A program made the translations under genes and the position numbers. A DNA stretch of 64,000 nucleotides. Origin: Candidatus Hydrogenedentota bacterium. GTDB taxonomy: Bacteria; Hydrogenedentota; Hydrogenedentia; Hydrogenedentales; SLHB01. Positions within the stretch are counted from its first letter, which is position 1; the number at the start of each line of letters is the position of its first letter. Shown here piece by piece: positions 29,179 through 38,614 of this stretch. The notes beneath the pieces are model-generated. The model saw only the letters and a program-made list of their open reading frames with translations. It ran no database searches and was not told the origin of the DNA. Where the stretch lies: positions 1,152,001 through 1,216,000 of the forward strand of contig CAXXTH010000010.1 of the NCBI GenBank assembly GCA_963668025.2, in the 5' to 3' direction.

Positions 29179-30345
29179 TCAGCCCATGCCGCCAAACATG
29201 CCTGTTCTAAAAATGAGGTATCCATCCGTGTTCGTATGGCCGTATTCCGTGGGAGGCTTGCCGTAGCCCATCGGCACTTTTCCGTCCGGATTGATCCGGA
29301 TGAACTCTACATGCCCGTCCATGTAGAGCACATTCGAGCCGCCAGGGATATGGTTGAATTTCGTGGCGCCGTTATCCGAAGAACCTACGCCGATGAACTT
29401 CCACGAGTCCATGGTCTGGCCCCATGCGTCATACATGACCGGCAGCGTGCTCTGGCCAATAGCGCCCGAGGCGGGATTATTGATGTCCGTGATGAAGAAG
29501 CGTTCCACCCCTTCCCGCAGCCGTTTGTAGGTGCTGGGCATGGGATTGCCCTTTTCGTCATAGTCTTTGCCGTTGTTGGTGTAATCCGTTAACTGGGCGG
29601 CGGGCAGGCCAAACTCGGAGTGGCTCCACCGGTTTAGATCGCTGCCTCCACGGTTCGGCAAATAACCTGAACCAAGGACGCATTCCGCCCCATTGGAACT
29701 GCTGGCGCCATAGACCTTGCGTGTGAATTTGCCATCATAGGGGCCCTTCGCGGAGTAGTTATTGGGATAGCCAAACGACCAGAACCAGTTCCACATGCAC
29801 CAGCCGACATCAGCAAGCTGGCAATTGCTTTCCACTGCATACGCGATATAGGTATACGATTGGGGGAGCCCCAGCAAGGCATGCAGGCAAAGCTTTTGGG
29901 ATTCATCGGAGGACGCTAGTTTGGCTTGATTTTTGATCTTTTCCACGAAATCACCGCTCGTCAGGCCCAACTGGGAGGCTTCCGCATCCGCGTGGGCGTC
30001 CGATGGGCATTGAATGATGGACGGATCCGACCAATAATCCGGGTAGAGCGAAACGGAGTTCAACCCCATGGCGGCAAATAGCCACACGGAACCCGATTGT
30101 TCGTTCTTGATGCCGCTGAAGACCACGGGATTATTCTCGGGAAACATGCTCTTGTTTTCGCCCGAGTACATCTTAAAAATAACGCCAAATTGTTTCAGGT
30201 TGCTTGCACAGGAGGCCCTCCGCGCCGCTTCCCGCGCCCGCGCCAGTGCTGGCAGCAGGATCGCTGCAAGAATGGCGATAATGGCAATGACCACGAGGAG
30301 TTCAATCAGTGTAAATCCATTCTGTTTAGAGTGCCGATTCATCAA
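29179..30345 (-). CDS. DUF1559 prepilin-type N-terminal cleavage/methylation protein with H-X9-DG motif
   Basis: [39 protein letters not shown]; CPSD; [15 protein letters not shown]. Confidence 0.95.
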   Translation of the reverse strand: MMNRHSKQNGFTLIELLVVIAIIAILAAILLPALARAREAARRASCASNLKQFGVIFKMYSGENKSMFPENNPVVFSGIKNEQSGSVWLFAAMGLNSVSLYPDYWSDPSIIQCPSDAHADAEASQLGLTSGDFVEKIKNQAKLASSDESQKLCLHALLGLPQSYTYIAYAVESNCQLADVGWCMWNWFWSFGYPNNYSAKGPYDGKFTRKVYGASSSNGAECVLGSGYLPNRGGSDLNRWSHSEFGLPAAQLTDYTNNGKDYDEKGNPMPSTYKRLREGVERFFITDINNPASGAIGQSTLPVMYDAWGQTMDSWKFIGVGSSDNGATKFNHIPGGSNVLYMDGHVEFIRINPDGKVPMGYGKPPTEYGHTNTDGYLIFRTGMFGGMG

Positions 30346-30378
30346 GATAACCCTCCTTTGTTGAAAACACGATGTATA

Positions 30379-30610
30379 TGTAACGGCTTACAAGCTACAA
30401 AAAAGAACCGCTTTATATGTAGAAAACGTTTGCTATAACGTATTCATTTTCTCGTTTTAAGCATTAAGTATGAACGAAATCCATTTTTTGTATTGGATGA
30501 TGAAACTGATCCGCTTCAACGTAACAGACTAATAAAATGGAAAACCTTGGCTGTCCCCGCCCGTCCCTTTACGTTCGCTGTTTGCCTCAATTCAATCAGA
30601 AAACGTTTAC
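30379..30610. promoter_or_regulatory. Three LacI/cre-like palindromes upstream of the DUF1559 gene
   Basis: TGTAACGGCTTACA (30379-92), GAAAACGTTTGC (30422-33), GAAAACGTTTAC (30599-610) in AT-rich intergenic DNA. Confidence 0.55.
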
Positions 30611-30843
30611 TAACCGGATGCATCTTACACCCTCAGCCCTATTCTGTCAAGGCTTTTTCGTGGGAAATAATACTTTATTCATTCAAAAAGATAGTGGATG
30701 CTGAATGTGCAGTCCTCCATGCTTATATTCATATGCTTATATTCATAATGGCGCTGGATGTGCGATATGCTATAGTTTTTTGTTCGCTGGCGGGAAGGCT
30801 TTGCGCCTGTCTTGTTAAGGCGGAAGGCAAGTGAGAAGGTGAG

Positions 30844-32103
30844 ATGGCGGATTTTCGAGTAAAACCGGTGGAAACGGACGAAGAGCTGCGGCAGGCTAAT
30901 GGGCTTATGGCGGAAGCCTATGCGGCGCATGATCCCCGTTTGCGCCACTGGCTGTGGGAGCTGGCCCACCGGTATCCTGGATACCGCCGGGAACACACGC
31001 GCATTCTCCGTGGCAAGGGGGAAGTCGTGAGTGCGCTGCGCATCGTGACAGACACCATTTCCATCGGGGAAAGCCGGTTGAAAATGGGGGGGATTGGGTG
31101 GGTGGCCACGGCGCCCCATCATCGCGGCAAAGGCCATTGCCGGGCGCTGATGTTTGACGCCATGGATTTTATGAAGCGGAATAATTACCACGTCTCCATG
31201 CTGTTTGGATATCCAGATTTTGGCCGGTTTTTCGGTTATGCGCCCGCTTTCGCGGATTATGCCATTTATGTGGACTTGAATGTGGGAAAGGCATTCGAGC
31301 CATTGCTCCGGATGCGCCCGGCCCGGCCTGGCGAGATTCCGGCCATCCAAAAGCTCCATCATGCTTGCAGTACGGATGTGGCGTGCGGTGTATTGAGGAC
31401 GGCGGCCCATTTCCGGAATCGTTGGGATTGCTGGCATGATTGGTTTGCCTTGACCGATGCACAGGGACGCCTCGATGCGTATTTTATCGCATCGCTAGAA
31501 GGCGGCTATTTGCGCGTGGATGACGCCGCGTGCGCGCATCCAGGCCTATGCCCGGCCCTCATTGGCGCAACGGCGGAATTGGCGGCGGAACACGCCGCCC
31601 GAGGCATTGTCTTTTATATTCCGCCTTCTCATGTTCTAGCACGTTGTTTGCTCCGGTTTCCGTCACGCCACGAAACGCGCATTGTGAATGAGGGTGGCAT
31701 GATGCGTTTCATCAATCTCGGTGAAACACTGGAGAGTTTGATACCGGAGTGGGAGAGCCTTCTCGGCCGCAGTCTTGCGCGGGAGCTCCATACGGAGTTC
31801 ACCCTGTTTGTTTCGGGACAGCCTTTCCGAATACGTAATCACCATGGAGCCGTAGACGTGTCATCGGTGGCCGGAGCCAATAAGCTCAGCTTGGATATGG
31901 ATGAAATGATGTTTTTGGCGGCTGGGTTCATATATCCGGAAGATATCTTGGCCGCGCACCGCTGCATCATGTCATCTGATGCGCGGAGTTTGTTTCTTGC
32001 GCTATTTCCCAAACGCAATCCCTATGTATGGCCATTTGATCGATTCGAATACTTGGACTTGCGGCGCGGAATAGGTACACTGATGCAAACGCTGGGAGTC
32101 TGA
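30844..32103 (+). CDS. Eis-like GNAT acetyltransferase (tandem GNAT + SCP2-like C-terminus)
   Basis: GGIG.VAT.P.HRGKG acetyl-CoA motif, S.LFG...F...FGY; size and layout match the Eis family. Confidence 0.8.
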   Translation: MADFRVKPVETDEELRQANGLMAEAYAAHDPRLRHWLWELAHRYPGYRREHTRILRGKGEVVSALRIVTDTISIGESRLKMGGIGWVATAPHHRGKGHCRALMFDAMDFMKRNNYHVSMLFGYPDFGRFFGYAPAFADYAIYVDLNVGKAFEPLLRMRPARPGEIPAIQKLHHACSTDVACGVLRTAAHFRNRWDCWHDWFALTDAQGRLDAYFIASLEGGYLRVDDAACAHPGLCPALIGATAELAAEHAARGIVFYIPPSHVLARCLLRFPSRHETRIVNEGGMMRFINLGETLESLIPEWESLLGRSLARELHTEFTLFVSGQPFRIRNHHGAVDVSSVAGANKLSLDMDEMMFLAAGFIYPEDILAAHRCIMSSDARSLFLALFPKRNPYVWPFDRFEYLDLRRGIGTLMQTLGV

Positions 32104-32122
32104 AAAAAGGAGCTATTGGGGC

Positions 32123-32911
32123 ATGATCCGTACGGGATTGGTTTCAGTCACATTTCGAAAAATTGGGGTTCAGGATGTTATCCGTCTCACGAAAGAGGCG
32201 GGGCTCCGGCATATCGAATGGGGGGGAGACGTGCATGTTCCCCCTGGCAAAATAGACTTGGCTCGGGATGTAGGGAAACGTACGCTAGATGCGGGGCTAG
32301 AGCTTGCGGCATATGGTTCTTATTTTCGGGTAGGCGCGGATTCCGAGAATGAAGCTTCTTTGGGCCAAACACTTGAAACGGCCCGTGCATTGGGCACGTC
32401 CATAGTGCGTGTATGGGCGGGTTCGCGCGGTTCGAAAGGCGCTCCTGAATCATATTGGCGCAAGATGATCACCGATACGCAAGAGGCAGCCGACTTTGCC
32501 CAGCGCGAGGGCATGAGCCTCGCCTTCGAATTCCACGGCAATACGCTAAATGATGCGACAAGCGCCACGCGCCGGCTCATGGAGCAAGTCGAGCGTGATA
32601 ATGTGGCCACCTATTGGCAGGAAGACAATCGCGTTGATTATGATACCTGCTTAAAGGGCCTCAAACGCATTCGCAAGTGGCTTTCGAATATTCATGTATT
32701 CCATTGGCATGAAGGCAAGCGGCGGCCCCTGGATGAAGCGGAATCTAAATGGGAAATGTATTTGGATATGGCGGCTTCCTCGGAACAGGACCATATCGCG
32801 TTGATCGAGTTCGTGCAGGAAGATTCGCCTCTGTTGTTCGTGAATGACGCAGCGACGCTCAAACGGATTGTGAAGCGTGTCAATAAGCGCCTCAAAGAGG
32901 GGGAAGAATAG
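32123..32911 (+). CDS. Sugar phosphate isomerase/epimerase (xylose-isomerase-like TIM barrel)
   Basis: GLVSVTFR, IEWGGD.HVP, RVWAG, EFH.NTL.D, HVF, LIEF. Confidence 0.85.
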   Translation: MIRTGLVSVTFRKIGVQDVIRLTKEAGLRHIEWGGDVHVPPGKIDLARDVGKRTLDAGLELAAYGSYFRVGADSENEASLGQTLETARALGTSIVRVWAGSRGSKGAPESYWRKMITDTQEAADFAQREGMSLAFEFHGNTLNDATSATRRLMEQVERDNVATYWQEDNRVDYDTCLKGLKRIRKWLSNIHVFHWHEGKRRPLDEAESKWEMYLDMAASSEQDHIALIEFVQEDSPLLFVNDAATLKRIVKRVNKRLKEGEE

Positions 32912-32914
32912 CTT

Positions 32915-33970
32915 CTACGCGGGCCGTTCCCATAACCCGGCGATGCGCGCGCCGCATTTGGAACAAGCGGAGCCTTGCATGTGGTTGTCGATGATATGGT
33001 ATCCGCGCCGTTGGATGAGAAGAGCGCCACAAGCGGGGCATGAGGTATTTTCGCGGTTCACCAAAACGCCCGGCAGGTTGCCTGCATATATATAATGAAG
33101 GCCCGCGTCTTTACCCGCTTTACATGCCCGTTCGAGGTCTTCTGCGGAAGTGCGGCGGCGTTCCGTCATATTATAGTCAGGGTGGAAGGCCGTCACATGC
33201 CAAGGGATATCGCGGGATACGCTGGCGAGAAATGCGGCGATATGGTGCAATTCCGCTTCGCTATCGTTGAATCCAGGAATGACCAGCGTGACCACTTCGA
33301 CCCAGAATCCCATGTCGTGCAGCAGTGTAATGGAGTCGAGCACATGCTGAAGCGGGCATCCCAGCTCGCGGTAATTCGCCTCATTGAATGTCTTTAGGTC
33401 TACTTTATACATGCTTACATACGGGCGGATGAATGCAAGCGCTTCTGGGGTCGCATTACCGTTGCTCACATAACCGCATAAAATCCCGCGCGCCTGGGCC
33501 CGTTTGAAGATCTCAACCGCCCATTCAGCGGTGATGAGCGGTTCGTTATACGTGCTGACAATGACTGGGGCGTCATGAGCCACGGAGGCGTCCACGATGG
33601 CTTCAGCGGAGATAGAGTGGGGGCAGGAAACGGCATTCTGGTCTTTTAATGCTTGGCTCGAAATCCAATTCTGGCAGAAACTGCAATGCAGATTACATCC
33701 AAGCATGCCAAACGACATGGCCAGTTCGCCGGGCAATACATGATAAAACGGCTTTTTCTCGATGGGATCCGGCGAAAGCCCCGCCACATAACCGCCAGGC
33801 ACGCAGAGTTCGCCCTTACGATTGGCCCGCATGCGACATATGCCGGTTTCTCCTTCACGAATCAGGCAGCGATTTCCACATGCGAGGCAGCGTAACGCAT
33901 CGCCCTCGTTCTGCACGAGCTCTTTCGCCGCCGGCATGAAGTATTGTTCCAATGCTTGCTGCAAATCCAT
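32915..33970 (-). CDS. amrS: AmmeMemoRadiSam system radical SAM enzyme
   Basis: C..C...C N-terminal motif, DPIEKKP.YH, GCNLHCSFCQN, TYNEP, WHVTAFHPDY, Y.YAGN, C-terminal CP.C...C..C. Confidence 0.9.
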   Translation of the reverse strand: MDLQQALEQYFMPAAKELVQNEGDALRCLACGNRCLIREGETGICRMRANRKGELCVPGGYVAGLSPDPIEKKPFYHVLPGELAMSFGMLGCNLHCSFCQNWISSQALKDQNAVSCPHSISAEAIVDASVAHDAPVIVSTYNEPLITAEWAVEIFKRAQARGILCGYVSNGNATPEALAFIRPYVSMYKVDLKTFNEANYRELGCPLQHVLDSITLLHDMGFWVEVVTLVIPGFNDSEAELHHIAAFLASVSRDIPWHVTAFHPDYNMTERRRTSAEDLERACKAGKDAGLHYIYAGNLPGVLVNRENTSCPACGALLIQRRGYHIIDNHMQGSACSKCGARIAGLWERPA

Positions 33971-34057
33971 CTTAACCGCCTCCTGCGCAATCACTTAACT
34001 GCGCTAAAATGCTTGGTCCTGGACAGTTGCTGCGCATATTCTCTTGCTATAGCGGCG

Positions 34058-34363
34058 TTATTCGGGCAGTTCGATTAAGATATCTTCCCCTTCAATTATT
34101 ACATGATAACGCGGCAGGCCGTCATCGCGTTCCGCATCCTGTTTTCGCAAGGGGAATGTCCAGCCATGCCATGGACAGGTGATTTCACCTTGATCGAGCC
34201 ACCCTTCCGATAAGGGCCCGCCTGCGTGGGGGCACATGTCACCCACGGCGAAAAACTCACCGGTTTCATGAAACAAGGCGATTTTTTCGCCTTCCGCCGT
34301 TACGCTAATCCCTTCCCCATCCGGCACATCTTTTTTCTCCGCCACTTTGATGAGCCGTCCCAT
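34058..34363 (-). CDS. Rieske (2Fe-2S) ferredoxin
   Basis: CPH.GGPL.EG and CPWHGW.F. Confidence 0.92.
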   Translation of the reverse strand: MGRLIKVAEKKDVPDGEGISVTAEGEKIALFHETGEFFAVGDMCPHAGGPLSEGWLDQGEITCPWHGWTFPLRKQDAERDDGLPRYHVIIEGEDILIELPE

Positions 34364-34418
34364 TAGCTCCCTCCTGTTCGATGGATCCATATTGATACAT
34401 TTACCGCGTTTTTACCAG

Positions 34419-36350
34419 TTATTGTTGGCATGCATCCAGTTCACGCAACTCATCTTCGATGCTCTGCGTCACGGGAAAGCGGAAGCCGGTTTTCGGATCC
34501 AAGTCTAGTTCGAGCACTTTGAGCGCCACGGGGAGCTGTTCGCGTTTCCACTGGTTATAGGCGAATAGCTTGCCGAAGGTGCGGGTCCAGATGCGCAATT
34601 GTTCGGGAGTATAATCGGGATGGCGGCAGGCCAGCACCCGCCAGCAATCCGGCAGTGAAAACCGTTTCCGGGCGAACAGGTACAGCAAGTCATCCAGGAT
34701 TGCATAGGGCATGAGGTCGGTTTCATCCTGCTGGTTAGGAGCCAATTCCGCGCTGGGCGGAATCGCCAGGATTTTGGCCATGGATGCGAGGCCCATGCGG
34801 CTGGCCACATGTTCGAGCAGGCGGCTTACGAGCGTTTTGGGCACATTGGCGATGGGGGAATAGCCGCCTTGGTTGTCGCCGCCGGTGGTCGTGTAGCCCA
34901 CGGCCGCCTCGCTCAGGTTCGAGGTGACCAGCAAGAGTCCAGATGCGCTATTGGCCCAATTGAGCATCATATTGCCCCGCACGCGCGCTTGCAGATTTTG
35001 CTTCGCTAAAGGGGTTACTTTATCGAGGCCGCCCACCAATTGCGCCGCTTTCTCGAGCGCTATCGCGGACTCCTCCGCAATCGACACCACCTGGAACGGC
35101 ACGCCAAGCTCTTCGGCGAAAGAGCGGGCGGCGTCCTCCGTGGCGTTGCTGCTGAACGCTTTGTTGGGAAGATAGACCGCCGACACATGCTCCGCATACC
35201 GCTCGGATTCCCGGCCTTCCTTATAGGCTTTAGCGGCTTCGACGGCCAGCAGGAGGCATAGTGCGCTGTCGCGCCCGCCGCTCAAGGCCACCAAGAAACG
35301 CTGGAACGCGCCCACTTTCTCGAAATAATCGCGCAGTCCGAGCACCAGCGCGCCGAATAATTCATCTAGGTAGGACTCTGCTTCCGTCTTGCCGGAGACG
35401 GATTTCCCATCCGGCCAGAACAAGCTTTTCGGGAATTGGGCGGCATAATCACGCACTTCGGCGCTCCCGAGTGAGTCTTTTTCTGATGTGATCACGCTCA
35501 CCGGCGCGGTAATCTCTTTGTGGGTGGCGTATTGCCGCCAAGTCGAGTTTTCTGCGCGCGCCCGCGAGATATCATCTAGGTTGGCGATGCCCGTGGTAAG
35601 GGTCCAATAGGATTTGGATAGGATCGCCCCTTCGGCCACAATGCCGTTTGGAGATGCGACAAAGCCGCCTCCATCAAATACGAGCCGGCTGTTGTCGAGC
35701 CCCAGAATATTCGCATATGCGTAGACGCAAGCCAGCGACTGGGAAGCATTCAGAACCAGCCGCCGCCGCTGTTCGTTTTTACGCGGCGTGAAGGGCGAGG
35801 CGCTGAGATTGCACATGATTTCCGCACCCGCCAAGACGCGGGCCAGTGCGGGGGGATGGGTGGACCAAAGGTCTTCGCAGATCTCGGCGCTTACTACGCC
35901 GTACGGCAGCCGGAACACCAAATCTCCGGCAGGCACGCCATTCACCACCGTATGCCCTTCGCGCCAAGCGGTCCAATTCCGGCCTTCATAAAAGATGCTG
36001 TACGTGGGCAAATGTTTTTTAAGGATGATGCCGAGCACTTCGCCATCATGAACGAGCGCCGCGCCGTTGTACATCATCGAATCGTAATGAATAGGCAAGC
36101 CCACAAACGCCGAGATGCCCTTGCAGGATTCGGCAAGCCCCATTAGGGCGTCCCAGCTCCGGCGTGCGATATCGGGCCACCACACACGGTCTTCGAGGCT
36201 GTATCCTGATAGACCCAGCTCCGGCGTCACAATCAGGTGGCAGCCACGCCTGCCCGCCTCCGAGATCACTTCACGCAAGCGTTCAGCATTCCCCGAAAAA
36301 TCACCTACCTTGACTGATACGCCCGCAACACCAATTCGCACCAAACGCAT
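34419..36350 (-). CDS. nadE: Glutamine-dependent NAD+ synthetase
   Basis: Nitrilase domain (PEL, K..LP.Y..FYE.R, EICEDLW); synthetase domain SGGRDS, QN.QAR.R, N.SE...GY.T..GD, PSAEL..Q.D. Confidence 0.95.
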   Translation of the reverse strand: MRLVRIGVAGVSVKVGDFSGNAERLREVISEAGRRGCHLIVTPELGLSGYSLEDRVWWPDIARRSWDALMGLAESCKGISAFVGLPIHYDSMMYNGAALVHDGEVLGIILKKHLPTYSIFYEGRNWTAWREGHTVVNGVPAGDLVFRLPYGVVSAEICEDLWSTHPPALARVLAGAEIMCNLSASPFTPRKNEQRRRLVLNASQSLACVYAYANILGLDNSRLVFDGGGFVASPNGIVAEGAILSKSYWTLTTGIANLDDISRARAENSTWRQYATHKEITAPVSVITSEKDSLGSAEVRDYAAQFPKSLFWPDGKSVSGKTEAESYLDELFGALVLGLRDYFEKVGAFQRFLVALSGGRDSALCLLLAVEAAKAYKEGRESERYAEHVSAVYLPNKAFSSNATEDAARSFAEELGVPFQVVSIAEESAIALEKAAQLVGGLDKVTPLAKQNLQARVRGNMMLNWANSASGLLLVTSNLSEAAVGYTTTGGDNQGGYSPIANVPKTLVSRLLEHVASRMGLASMAKILAIPPSAELAPNQQDETDLMPYAILDDLLYLFARKRFSLPDCWRVLACRHPDYTPEQLRIWTRTFGKLFAYNQWKREQLPVALKVLELDLDPKTGFRFPVTQSIEDELRELDACQQ

Positions 36351-36512
36351 ACTTGCGCCTCCTTACGCTTTCCACCATACTGCCGCTTTTTGGACTAGCA
36401 TATGATCCTACGCCGTACGGGCATGCGGGCGCAATGCATTGTGAAATATAGTTCTGCGGGTATGTACAAATCCGGCGTCCAAAATAGCTCAGCATTTATT
36501 CTTCTCTTGATG

Positions 36513-36528
36513 CGTGATCGTTCACGTA
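36513..36528. promoter_or_regulatory. Palindromic operator CGTGATCGTTCACGTA (copy 1)
   Basis: Identical 16-mer at 52686-52701; lies about 115 bp upstream of the GH51 start. Confidence 0.7.
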
Positions 36529-36641
36529 TTATATTTTTTGAGGTTTTTGATAAAACTACATGCTTGCATTGGACTCATGATTCCATCTCAACAGGCATGG
36601 GAGATCTAGTTGGCAGCACCCATTTACAGAAGGAGGCTCTT

Positions 36642-38189
36642 GTGAAAATGATGCATACTCTGGCCGGTGTTATGGTGTCTACTTGTGCAATATCAAGTGC
36701 CGTAGGCGCGGAAGAAACGATACATGCGGAAGTCACGATTGATACATCCGTGCCTTCCGTTGCATATGAGCGCATGCTTTTCGGTGGATTCCTGGAGCAT
36801 TTCCATCGCCAGATTTATGGTGGCATTTTCGAGCCGGGTTCCCCATTATCAGATGAACATGGATACCGCAAGGATGTGCTTGAAGCTGTCCGCGAATTAC
36901 GCACGCAGATCGTACGGTGGCCGGGAGGTTGTTTTGTTAGCGCTTATCACTGGAAAGACGGGGTGGGCAAGGAACGCAAACCCGCATTCGATAAGGCGTG
37001 GGGGGTCGAAGATCCGAATACATTTGGCACCGATGAGTTTATTGAGTGGTGCCGTTTGGCGGGAGTCGAGCCGTATATCTGTGGCAACGCGGGTACGGGC
37101 ACTCCCGAAGAAATGAGCGAGTGGGTGGAATAATGCAATCAGGATAAAGGCGCTTGGGCGTGATTGCGGGCCGCAAACGGCCATCCTGAACCATATCATG
37201 TCCGCTTCTGGTCCGTAGGTAATGAGAATTACACCAGTTGGGAGATGGGAGCACAAACCATTCAAGAATGGGGTCCATTTGTCGCCGAAACGGTCAAGAT
37301 GATTGGCCGCGCGGATCGAGACGCCATCCTTTTGGCTGCCGCCTTGACGGATGAAGAATGGACTTCCAGCCTGCTTAAGCATGCGGGAAACGGACTGAAT
37401 ATGGTTTCGATTCATGGCTATTGGGATGCACTCCACGCTGAAGACCATCCCAGCGCTTATGCCGATTGTATGATGCGCACGAATGAACCCGAAGCCAGTA
37501 TTTTGGCGACGGAAAGCATCATCGAAAAAGCGGGATTCAAAGGCCGAATGGGCATTGCATTCGATGAATGGAATCTTCGCGGCTGGCATCATCCCCGGCA
37601 AGACAGCGGATTCACGGATGAGGAGATTAAGGCCCGCGACCGTAATGACATAAATGCTTCTTACACTATGGCCGATGCCATATTTTCCGCATGCTTTTTG
37701 AATGCGTGCATGCGTCATGCCGATACGGTGAAGATGGCCAATATCGCTCCTCTCGTGAACACACGCGGGCCTTTGTACGTTCACCCAAAAGGCATCGTCA
37801 AACGCACCACTTTCCATACATTGGCCATGTACGCCAATCTGCTTGGCCCGCAGGTAGGCAAAGCCATTGTGACCAGTGAGCCATTTAATTCCGGTGAACG
37901 CTCGGTAGCTGCCGTAGACGCTATTGCCACGTGTGATATATCTCAGAAGAACTGGCGAATCGTACTCGTGAACTGCCACCCTTCCGCTGCCGTGAGTTGC
38001 ACGTTTACCTTGAGCGGCAAACCTGTAAACGGCAAGTTGCACGCTACGGTTCTAGCGGGTGATTCGACCGACGCATATAATGATGTCGGCCATCCGGATC
38101 GAGTCACCCCGCAAGAGCTCGAACTGGAGTTTGTGGATGGCGTCTGCAAGCTCTCCCCCCATTCAATCACTGTAGTCAACATCAATTGA
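36642..38189 (+). pseudogene. abfA: GH51 alpha-L-arabinofuranosidase with two in-frame stops (TAA 37131, TGA 37161)
   Basis: G.FLEH...IY.GI, RWPGGCF...Y.W, FGT.EF, then WVE*CN...WA*LR..NGH.EPY, W.VGNE, FDEWN, MANIA.LVN, all in one frame. Confidence 0.8.
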
Positions 38190-38226
38190 TCGAAACGGCA
38201 GTGGAAAGAGCCAATCGGTAAGCAAT

Positions 38227-38272
38227 AAAAAAACGGGGAAGCACGTCATTTTCGGACTGCTTCCCCGTTTTT
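38227..38272 (+). terminator. Intrinsic terminator (possibly bidirectional)
   Basis: AAAAACGGGGAAGCA-loop-TGCTTCCCCGTTTTT. Confidence 0.8.
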
Positions 38273-38374
38273 ATATGCCCGGCAGCCTTACCCTAATATG
38301 TGTTTTTGCGCCTTGAGTTCCAAATCTGTTAGCATATAGAGTCATGTCTTTTGTCAAGATGAGGTTTTATTAGG

Positions 38375-38614
38375 ATGCAACAACATAAGCAACACCGCAA
38401 TGTGGCCCTCATCGAAGTCGCGGATGAAATGGTGCTGACGGAGATCGAAAATGATTCCTTCTTGCAGCCATTTCTGGGCGAACGCGTATCGCCCCACTGC
38501 GTAATTGTTCAGGCGCAAGCTATCCCGGATATCGTCCGCCGTCTTCAAGCGCTGGGACACATGCCCCAGATCGAGGACGCGGGAAAAGCATGCCAACTCC
38601 CTGAGGAATTATGA
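38375..38614 (+). CDS. Small hypothetical protein coupled to the helicase-associated WYL gene
   Basis: 79 aa; ATGA overlap with the next start; pattern LIEV.D...L.EI......R.SP...V.......L..LGH.P. Confidence 0.7.
   Translation: MQQHKQHRNVALIEVADEMVLTEIENDSFLQPFLGERVSPHCVIVQAQAIPDIVRRLQALGHMPQIEDAGKACQLPEEL

Noticed and set aside
37161-37163. Selenocysteine or stop-codon reassignment in GH51
   Set aside because: A TAA precedes the TGA, the position is not a conserved Cys, no SECIS-like hairpin was recognised, and TAA/TGA end many genes normally in this window.
36897-38042. Long antisense ORFs (also 48114..49082, 51097..52131, 57034..58350)
   Set aside because: They are shadows of well-supported genes on the opposite strand in GC-rich DNA and carry no recognisable motifs.
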